DNA of 64,000 bases from Octopus sinensis. Its lineage: Eukaryota. Both the position numbers and the translations under genes were made by a program. The notes beneath the pieces are model-generated. The model did not search any database. It was not told the origin of the DNA and saw nothing but the letters and a program-made list of their open reading frames with translations. This document shows, one piece after another, positions 54,049 through 64,000 of the stretch; position 1 is the stretch's first letter, and each line of letters begins with the position of its first letter. Location: contig NW_021836313.1 of assembly GCF_006345805.1 (NCBI RefSeq), forward strand, positions 14,371 to 78,370, read 5' to 3'.

Positions 54049-55015
54049 AATTATTACAAGGCATCGGCTTTATGCCTCACCACGCACCGCAAGAAATAGA
54101 CGCTAAAGTCCTTTTTACCACCTTAAATTCTCCGAGAATAACACACTATATTGTAGGCAAGCAAAGGAGAACGAACGAATCATCAAGGCTGGTTAACTAT
54201 GTACGCGTTTCAAACTTAAAGTAAAAAATAATTTTACTTACTGTTCATCTCAACAGCATAGTATTCCATATAAGTTCACGAGTATCTCAAAATATACACG
54301 CGACAAGCGTCATCGCATGTCCAGTATGAATCCACACTCGCAAAAATATACTGCCGAGTATGAGTCATATCTTTTTTATACCAACGTGCAGTGCGTTCAG
54401 GTCTAGACCGCAGTAAATGCAATTTCGATCATGGGGTGAATTTATTCAAATATTAATTATAATAATAAATGGTAAAATCAATAATTTTGCCAGGTAGCCA
54501 GTGCGACCAGCGAAAGATATGAATTATACTCGGCAGTATATTTTTGCGAGTGTGGATTCATACTGGACATGCGATGACGCTGGTCATGTGCATATTTTGA
54601 GATAATCGTGAACTTATATGGAATTCTATGCTGCTGAGATGAACAGTAAGTAAAATTACTTTAAGTTTGAAACGCGTACATAGTTAACCAGCCTTGATGA
54701 TTCGTTCGTTCTCCTTTGCTTGCCTACAATATAGTGTGTTATTCTCGGAGAATTTAAGGTGGTAAAAAGGACTTTGGCGTCTATTTCTTGCAGTGCGTGG
54801 TGAGGCATAAAGCCGATCCCTTGTTATAATTTGTAAAATTTACCTATAAGGTTTTTATTTCCGCACTGGCTACTTGGTAAAATTATTATTGATTTTACCT
54901 TTATTATTATAATTAATATTTGAATAAATTCACTCCATGATCGAAACTGCATTTACTGCGGTCTAGATCTTAACACACTGCACGTGGGTATAAAAGAAAG
55001 ATATGAATTATACTC
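54049..55015. mobile_element. Non-coding nested fold-back A-B-A'-B'-a' carrying two hammerhead-like motifs
   Basis: A 54049-54374 inverts to 54512-54831; B 54375-54505 inverts to 54862-54995. HHR-like motifs at 54196-54262 (-) and 54626-54683 (+). Confidence 0.85.
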
Positions 55016-55540
55016 AGCAAATAGACTCCACGTTATTTGCATAAATGTCCCTAGATCAGCGATTCATTTCGTTTTGTGATGTTTCGAGTACATAGTATTA
55101 AAAAGTCACAGTAATTGTGAGATATCGATATCGATCATTCTCGATCATCTCGAGGCGAGTTGTCTCTCTTAGGTGTGACATTCAGGGTTCTTTAACACTC
55201 AGTATCTTGTAGGGAGTTTTCCCAGGACGCTTACAACCTAAAACCCCGACTCGAACTCCAACTAAAACAAAACAGTGTTAACTGCCGAGCTTACTTTCTC
55301 TAGGACGGTGCAACTTCTAACTACCTGACCAGTTCTTAGAACTCAATATACATTTCGAGTTAGACCAGAACAGGGTGTAACATAATTATTGACTGGCAAG
55401 GAAACAAAAATTATGGAATCAACTTCATTAGCTTACAGTTGTTTCTGCTATAAGAAGCTGAACTCAGAACTGAGTGCATGTGCAGCATTTTATAGTTTCA
55501 AAAGCCAAAACATTCATTAGGAAATCCTTCTTTTTTTACC

Positions 55541-55615
55541 CGTGTCTTCTACTATAATACCTGACTGACCACAGCCTTATGAGTAGATTTGGTTGAAAGA
55601 ACCCGAAAGACCGTC

Positions 55616-55617
<2 letters not shown>
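55541..55617 (+). mobile_element. SINE family B fragment
   Basis: gtgtcttctactata..ccttatgagtagatttggttga..ccgtcgta matches the body of 19533. Confidence 0.5.
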
Positions 55618-55660
<43 letters not shown>

Positions 55661-55871
55661 GGTTTGTATGTACGCATATGTATTTACTGTATTCATCAAT
55701 ATACGCCCTCGCATACATTTATATTATTATATCCTTCTGTTCTTTGACTGACTTTAGACTATAGCCATGATGCTGAGCCTACTACAGTTTTTCTCAACAT
55801 GAATGCTTCATTTACTGGTAGCAGCCATATATCCATATATGTACACATACATACATACATACATACATACA

Positions 55872-55907
<36 letters not shown>

Positions 55908-56172
55908 TATACACAAATATGCGCGCGCGCACACACATGTATGTATAATGTCAAAATGTATGACAAGAGTTAATAATACATGATAAGAAATAGTCTCTAT
56001 CTAACCTGAGTTTCAGTTCTACCAGCCTGGGAAAAAGAATTGAAATAAAAGTTAAAACATGCAGCGACGTATTTAAATGTCAATAAGAGTTATGTTTGTT
56101 TATATCTTCTTTTTAAAAAAGAAACCTTACGAAATATGCCAAGAATGAAGAACTTAATTTTCAGCTGACAAA

Positions 56173-56220
<48 letters not shown>

Positions 56221-56221
<1 letters not shown>

Positions 56222-57305
56222 CTGCAAAAATACCTACTTCAGAAGGAAGGAAAACTGATCCAGATAGCAGCAAAACACGAGCAAAACAAAAAACTGTCTC
56301 AGTATTTAAGGAAGCTGACAAATACAAACAAGAAATCATACCACCTAATAAACACAAAGAAGAAGAAGAAGATGATGAAGAAGAAACACAAAAGCTATAA
56401 AACAAATGAAATCCAAACTAAAAATAGAACAGCAACGAGCCATGATAAAACGATGGCAAGAAAAGCCCCTTCATGTAAATACTGCACTAAACTAAACGCA
56501 AAGAAATAGACAAAGAAAAATCCCAGCAATGGTTGAGAAGCTCAGGACTCAAAGCAGAAACAGAGGGATTTTTATTGCAGCACAAGACCAAAGCCTCCCC
56601 ACCAGAAATTACCAAAAACATGTAATGAAAAGAAATATTACAAGTAACTGCAGAATATGTGGAGATGGACAAGAAACAATAAATCATATTATCTCTAGCT
56701 GCCCAGTCCTGGCTAAGAAGGAATATTCACAGACATGACAGAGTTGGAACCTACATACATTGGAAGCTATGCCAACATTATGGAATAACAACAGAAAAAA
56801 TATGGTATAGGCACACACCAGAAAAGGTCACAGAAAACGAGAAAGAAACCATACTCTGGGATATGCCGATACACACAGATAGAGAAATTAAGGCCAACAG
56901 ACCAGATATAGTTGTCAGAGATCATGAAGAAAAAAATGCTTTCTAATTGATGTATCAATACCGGCAGATGACAACGTATCTCTAAAAGAAATGGAGAAAC
57001 TCTCAAATACCAAAGACCTGGAAATAGAGGTAACCAGAATGTGGAATCTAAAAACAGAAACAATTCCTATCATAGTAGGTGCATTAGGCATGATAAAAAA
57101 ATATTCAGACAAATACATAAAAACACCAGGACTTACAAACACATAAACATACAGAAAATTGCACTACTAGGCACTGCACACATCCTACGCAGAACACTTT
57201 CCATACAATAACCATCAGAGCATCACAACAAATCACAGCACATACCCAAGGCACACAGAGCTGCGCTCGGTAGTGAAGTGAAAGCACGCTATAAAAATAA
57301 AACTA

Positions 57306-57308
<3 letters not shown>
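56221..57308 (+). mobile_element. R4/Dong-like family A, 5'-truncated sister of 5523-9461, inside (TAA)n
   Basis: Reverse complement of 5523-6620 with few substitutions and several 1-nt indels; (TAA)n on both sides. Confidence 0.92.
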
Positions 57309-57350
<42 letters not shown>

Positions 57351-57361
57351 TAATAATGATG

Positions 57362-57412
<51 letters not shown>

Positions 57413-57635
57413 GCCGTCAAAAATCCAAGAACAAAACCAAGAGATAAGAGAACGAAACATTGAGTAACAGAATTTTCTTTCGGTCTTCAGTTTTCGACTC
57501 CACCCCAAAATAAACGTCCAATGCAATTTTTAACACTGAAAAGTCTCATTGCCTTGTATATTTTCTCCACATCGCCAGTCTGGTATAACCATTCACTGTA
57601 TATATGTATGTATATATGTATATGTATGTATATGC

Positions 57636-57677
57636 ATTTGCATGTCACGCTTGCACAGGGGATATGCTAATTTCTCT
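57636..57677 (-). pseudogene. U6: U6 snRNA fragment (end of the ACAGAGA box through the internal stem-loop)
   Basis: Minus strand AGAGAA-ATTAGCATATCCCCTGTGCAAGCGTGACATGCAAAT vs U6 AGAGAAGATTAGCATGGCCCCTGCGCAAGGATGACACGCAAAT: 36/43 by manual alignment. Confidence 0.7.
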
Positions 57678-58159
57678 TTACTACTTATGTAAGCGTGGAT
57701 GTACGTACGTACGTACGTACGTATGTATGTAAGTATGTATGAATGTATGTATGAATGTATGTATGAATGCATGTATGTGTGTATGCATGTATGTGTGTAT
57801 GTATGCATGCATGTAAATGTGTGTATGCGTGTATGCATGTGTATGTGTACGCATATGTATGTATGCGTGTGTGTGTGTGCATATGTATGTATGTGTATGT
57901 GTACGTTTGTAAGTATGTATTCTGAATATTCATGTGTTTGAGTGTTTTGTGTTTTTAGGGGTGTGCGTGTGTTTGTGTGTGTGTGCTTGCCTGTGTGTGT
58001 GTGCGCGCGTGTGTGTGTGTTTGCCTACATACATGTGCATATACATATAGGTATACATACACACACACATACACACACATACCTACATCTCCATAACAGC
58101 CCACTAACTATTCTACCTGTATATAAATATAAATTGTGGATGTTGGGGTATGATTACCC

Positions 58160-59570
58160 TCTACGTATAGTTCCTATTTAGTACTGTGGATGTTTCATTT
58201 ATGAGGACGTACACCTATATTTGTCTGAGGGTTGGGTCCTTTGGGTGCTTGGGCAAAATGCGGATGTCAAGTTGACCCAGGTTGCCTCCATGTTGGTAGA
58301 GTATGAAGTACAGTTTTTTTGTCGTCATATTGTCTGAAATGTTCATTTAGTCTTTCTGCAATGCTCCTAGATGTCTCTTCTATGTATGTCATGTTTTGTC
58401 TTTACAAGCACTTTCTATGCATCTTATGCTGTAGAATGCATTTCTAGTTCTACAATTAATGCCAGGACTAATCTTACATAGCATGCTGTTATCTTTGGTC
58501 CATATGGTATTCTCAAAGGGGTATGTCCTACATAGTTGTGATCTGATGGAGTTCCCTGGATTTTCAACAATCTTAATGTTGAGCTTGGTCTCCTTCAGAG
58601 CTTTCTCAAATCTACGGGCTACTTCTCCATGGGCTGTGGCCTCTATAAACATCACTCCTTGATATTTGTTCGTTTTTATACCACGTTTTCACCCTGTTTG
58701 CTTCGTCACAAGCTCCTTGTATCCTATTCCAGTCTTTGCTTCTGTATCTAGGGCAGGTACCACTGGTTTCATTACATATAATGTTATCTAACTTCTTTCT
58801 AGCACCCCTGTGTACTCGAACCCTATCTTTCTGACCATATCCAGAGAATTGCTTGTGGTGCATGAAGTTCTGTACACGTTCCTTCGTTTCATAGGGTTTG
58901 CATAGTGGGGACACGTTGTTCATTATCCTAACTGTGTTTGCTATCAGTACGTTAATTTTCATGTTGTGTGACAAAGCTGAGTTCTTGTGAACAACACATT
59001 TCGAAGCTATGGGTTTCATGTAATAGGAGTTGAGGAGCTGCAGTCTGTTGTTCACAGTCTCCAACCGAAGTTCAGTATCAGGACGGGGGGTCTATTGTTG
59101 GGGTGCCTAGTGGGGTAATGTATAGTTGCCTTGATACTTTGGTGGATGGAGTTAGCTACTTGCTGGATGCTCTTCATTACGTTCTTCTCAGTTTCTACTT
59201 TACCGTTACTAGAGTTGGTCTTAACTAGGATATTAATGTCATCTACATACCTATTATAAAGTAAAAGAATTGTGAACTGTTCTGCTAAGGATTGCTTAAG
59301 TTTTCTGTCCCATCAGGTCATGAAAAGGCCGGCCACATCTCCAGCTACACCGACACCAATGGCTACAGCTTGAACATGCATATATAGTTTCTTGTTAAAC
59401 TTTACTATGTGGTTCTTCAATGTGATTCTTATGCTAGCCCATATTGCATATGCAATCACTCCTTTCACCTGATTGTTGTTCTCAGGGTCTGGGTGGGTAC
59501 GGTCCAGCACAACATAGACCAATAGAATAAATACTAGGCTTACAAAGAATAAGTCCTGGGGGCGATTTCT
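58160..59570 (-). mobile_element. Penelope-like element (RT plus GIY-YIG), decayed, 5'-truncated
   Basis: TLKNH..KFN..LY..V.A..IG..VAG..A.LFM; YNRYVDDINI (59230-59260); YMKP.AS..V.H..SAL; Cys-rich linker NCRTRN..YSI.C; LN terminal motif. Confidence 0.8.
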
Positions 59571-59574
59571 TCTA

Positions 59575-60240
59575 CAAAAGGTGGTGCTCCAGCACAGTAC
59601 AGGGCTTAGTAAATTAATTTGGTATCTAAAAGACCACAATAAACAATTTAATTTAGATTGGTTGATTCTTTCAATTTCGATAACTTATGATAAAGGCAAT
59701 GAATTCTGTCTTCTCTGTAATTCTGAACTATTTTTTATTCTTTTCTCTAAAAAAACCCCATTGTAAACACAGTTATAGAGCGTGCATACTGATGTAAACA
59801 TTGGCAGAAACACACCTTTAGTTAATATAAGTGATACCTATCATTATATATAATTTAAACATTAATTTTCTTATTACATTTCACATTCACTATCTTCTTC
59901 CAAGACCATAGGGTTTTATTTAATTTACATATCGTTATATACTTCTCATTTATTTGTTTTTTTTCTTTCCTTTACCCCTCCTCTTTCTATAGGCTACCTT
60001 TGACCTTATATCCTGTAAGGTTTTAAAAAAAAAGCAACTTAATAGCGTTCCGTTCATTATTATACATATCCACCATATTCTGTGAAAATGTCTTATTGAC
60101 AAGTTTCATTTCTTCATTTCCCTGAAGAGAAGATTACATTGTTTTACACAATTTTATTCCTTTGGAATAATACCAGTGATATCTTCGAAACATGTGTCGG
60201 AAATAAAAGAATTTGAATAACACCCGCGTTTAACTCCATT
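59575..60240 (+). mobile_element. 3' end of a second PLE family: GIY-YIG C-terminus plus pseudo-LTR
   Basis: STGLSKLIWYLKD......W.IL......C.LC.SE...IL; C.H..KH; followed by a hammerhead. Confidence 0.7.
60116..60204 (+). ncRNA. Canonical type I hammerhead ribozyme, GUC triplet
   Basis: atttcc-CTGAAGA-gaagat-(46 nt)-atcttc-GAAA-catgtg-TC-ggaaat. Stems I and II are perfect 6 bp; predicted cleavage 3' of 60198. Confidence 0.85.
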
Positions 60241-60590
60241 TATTTATTTATATATATTATACAAAATATTTCACGTAAACTCGGAGTTTCTACCTTTAAA
60301 ATCAAGGAATTACAACAATTTTACTTGTGTGATTTTTTGCTACCCTGGTAACTATTTATCCAATTTTGCCGTGTTAATTGTTAACAAGGGAAAACTACAC
60401 ACACACACATACAAACATACATATATTTATATATATATTATATATATGTGTGTGTGTGCGTGTGTGTGTGTGTGTATAAAAGAAGTAAGGAACAAAATCC
60501 TTCAAAGAGATGTTAAACATCCAAGTCCACCTGTTCAATGCAAGCAAAGAATATATAAAAACTATATATTCAATGTTGCTGTAATCGATA

Positions 60591-60905
60591 AATAAAGTAT
60601 AAGGAAAAGAAAAAATGTAAGCGTAGACGATCTTTTAATACAAAGTTGGTACAAATTCAATAAAGATTCTACAAGTTGTTTCCAAGCCGAATTAATTCCA
60701 AAGCAAAACGAAAAAAATAATCATTTTAAAATCAAAATTAGGCTTTTTTTCTGGAATTCCTTATTGGAATGAATGGGTTCGCCCAACAAAAATATAAGGA
60801 CCTTTAATAGCCCAGAAAGGAACAAACTTGTAGAATCTTTATTGGATTTGTAGCAACTTTGTATTAAAAGATCGTCTACGCTTAGTTTTTCTTTTCTTTA
60901 TACTT

Positions 60906-60909
<4 letters not shown>
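60591..60909. repeat. Fold-back with about 92-bp inverted arms and a 135-bp spacer
   Basis: 60591-60683 is the reverse complement of 60819-60909 with a few mismatches. Confidence 0.75.
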
Positions 60910-60947
<38 letters not shown>

Positions 60948-60962
60948 ATATATATATATATA

Positions 60963-60993
<31 letters not shown>

Positions 60994-61023
60994 GGTGTGT
61001 GGTGTGTGTGTGTGTGTGTTTGT

Positions 61024-61072
<49 letters not shown>

Positions 61073-61386
61073 ATGTGTGTGTGTGTATACTGACGACTCA
61101 TCAGAGATGCTGGCTGGAAGTACATAGCCTCTTTAATGCAGGAAGTAAATACACATACTTTCTCGGTTTGGTGGTGTAAAGGGGATTTTGTTTCTGTTTT
61201 TGCTTTCACCACTAAGCTGTGCAACTCTGTGCATTTACCTCCCGTGTTAAGAAGGTTGCGTGCTTCCGGCCATTTTGTCTGAAGAAACGTCAATGTTTGC
61301 CAAGAGCAATGCTGGACACAAAATCAATAGAAACTTCTGACCGGTTATATGCCATAATCTGGAATATACTAATTAACAATATAAAA

Positions 61387-61434
<48 letters not shown>

Positions 61435-61509
61435 ACATGCGTATACGTGTGCATGTGTTTATGTGTGTCTGTGTCTTTTTGTCCTCCCACATCACTTGAC
61501 AAACAATAT

Positions 61510-61683
61510 TAGTGTGTTTACGTCCCCGTAACTTAGCGGTTTGGCAAAAAATCCCGATAGAATAAGTATTAAGCTGACAATGAATGAGTCCTGGAGTCGA
61601 TTTCTTCGACTAAAAAACCTTTAAAGGCGGTGCTTCATCATGGCCGCAGTCAAAAATGACTGAAACAAGTAAAAGAATAAAAG
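61510..61683 (+). mobile_element. 3' part of a SINE followed by (CATA)n (similar tail at 36095-36165)
   Basis: catggccgcagtcaaa..tgactgaaacaa.taaaa shared between the two sites. Confidence 0.55.
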
Positions 61684-61789
61684 AATACACATATGCATAC
61701 GTGCATACATACATACATACATACATACATACATACATACATACGTACATACATACATACATACCTACATACATACATACATACATACA

Positions 61790-61823
<34 letters not shown>

Positions 61824-61884
61824 CACACACACATACATACATACATACATACATACCACACACACACAACACACACACACACAC

Positions 61885-61915
<31 letters not shown>

Positions 61916-61945
61916 TTATATAATATATATATATATATATATATA

Positions 61946-62762
61946 CACCGTGGACAACCCTTCCGATCTTTTGGAAACAGTGTTCCCCAATCTGGAAAGT
62001 AATTATGCAGACATCAATTGGCTCAGTGAAAGAACCATCCTGGCCCCCCAAAACATGGCTGTCAGTGCTATCACCGACCAGCTTATAAGCCGAATTCCGG
62101 ATGAGGAGCGCGCCTACAAATCGATTGGCCGAACCTCTGACCTCCAAGACGTTGTAAATTACCCTATCGAGTTTCTCAACTCATTGGAGCCAGCAGGGCT
62201 TCCACCTCACATTCTTAGGCTAAGGGTTGGATGCTCAATTATGCTAACCAGAAACTTGCTTCAGCCTAAACAGTGCAACAGTTTCCCGGTGACTATGCAT
62301 CGCCACGTCCATCAACAAATCCCAAGGCCAAACACTTAACAGTGGCAGGCATCCATTTGGGGTTTTTCATTCAATCACGATAAAAATTGATAAACCGATT
62401 CCTTATAGGATCTCCCACTAAAATTGGCTTTACCCCATTTTCAACCATAACTTTTACCAATTGTGACATATTTTGCTTAAACTTGATGCCAATATTACTT
62501 AGGACTCATGGGCTCTTTGAATGCTTTAAGTTCTCAAAAACAAAACAAAAAAAAAAAAACACTCGGTGAGTGGAAATAATCGATAAACCGATTCCTTAAG
62601 GCAATCAAATTGCCTGCAACCCATTTTCAGCCAAACGTTTACCAATTTCAACGGATTTCGCTCAAATTTGATGTCGGTGTCACTTATTTTGGTTTGAAAT
62701 AAAGCACTTGATCACTTAATAATCCTAACGTAATCCCGGGCAACGCCGAGCTATACTGCTAG
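61946..62762 (+). mobile_element. Helitron 3' fragment (PIF1-type helicase piece plus terminus)
   Basis: WLSERTILAPQN, YPIEFLNSLEPAGLPPH.L.L.VG..IML.RNL; subterminal GC hairpin cccgggcaacgccgag and terminal CTAG followed by T. Confidence 0.85.
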
Positions 62763-63330
62763 TATATGTATATATATATATATATATATACATATGAATA
62801 AATGATATATATGCGCACAAATATATATCATTTATTCATAATCATGAATAAATACAGACACACACGTAAGCATATATTGTATATACGTGTGTGTATGTAT
62901 AAATATATATATATATGTACAGGTGCTTGTACAACAGAGACACGTTCATCCACATATAGTGTATGTATATATATTCATTATGTATCATGTATGCATATAT
63001 GCGTTTGTGTATACAATTTATTCATGATCATATATATCTCCTGTATAATTTGCACGTAAATAGCTATTGTCAATTTCCTCGTCTAACGATAATTACATAT
63101 AAATATATATACATATATAGATATATGTATGTATATATATATATGTATATATATATGTATGTATATATATTTATGTATGTATATATATATATGTATGTAT
63201 GTATATATATATACTGATGTATATATATATATGATGATGTATGTATATTATATATGTATATATCTATATATATATATATATATATAGCTATATATATATA
63301 TATGTATATATATGTATGTATGTATGTATG

Positions 63331-63378
<48 letters not shown>

Positions 63379-63818
63379 ATATATATGTATGTATGTATGT
63401 ATGTATATAATATATATTATATATATATAGATATAATATATATATATTTGTATTTATACATGTAAGTGAATGTGTGGTTATCCATATGCATTCAGTTTGT
63501 ATAGCGACTTCACGTTCTGAATTCAATAATCTGTCCACCACATTAGTCGCTCTTTCTTCATTACGACTCCATACATACTGCACTCCATATGATACTACGC
63601 ACACGTGACCAATATGTCATCATTCGTATGTCTGTCTTGTTAACTATTTGAAGGTGGCCATTTCAAAATGTATGAACGTCATAAGTGACCAATCTGGGAT
63701 ATGTCTGGCGATTGCTGTCTATAAATATCTAATAATCGATACTTTCTTTTTCATTAAGATGGGGGTCAATGTATGTCAATCTCTAATAATCATTTAATAT
63801 ATGCAGGTATTGATCAAC

Positions 63819-63872
<54 letters not shown>

Positions 63873-63891
63873 ATCTATCTATCTATCTATA

Positions 63892-63922
<31 letters not shown>

Positions 63923-64000
63923 TTGACTGTACGTCTGTCTGTCTGCCTGTCTGTCTGTCTCCCTTTCTGTCCTCATACATACACACCTATTACTTCATAC

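Overview
AT-rich, microsatellite-saturated animal genomic DNA with no recognisable host exon. The repeat families and simple-repeat load fit a cephalopod (Octopus-like) intron or intergenic region; this taxon call is inference. The window is almost entirely mobile DNA. (1) RLE-type non-LTR elements (R4/Dong-like) sit in (TAA)n arrays, including a probably full-length 3.9-kb copy and a near-identical truncated sister. (2) Tx1/L1-clade LINEs abut (CTAT)n. (3) A further RLE fragment lies in (CATA)n. (4) Three CR1-like pieces lie in (TA)n. (5) Penelope-like element (PLE) remnants, three SINE families, hAT, mariner, piggyBac-like and Helitron remnants, and a U6 snRNA fragment are also present. Two signals stand out. 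First, a set of non-coding fold-back elements carries minimal type I hammerhead ribozyme (HHR) folds, and between them they show C3-G8, G3-C8 and U3-A8 core pairs plus A6->U/C variants. Second, retrotransposon families appear to partition different microsatellite classes as insertion niches, often the tails of SINEs. Nearly all long low-complexity ORFs in the supplied track are microsatellite artefacts. All folds and alignments were done by eye, and element boundaries are approximate unless a TSD or terminal motif is quoted.
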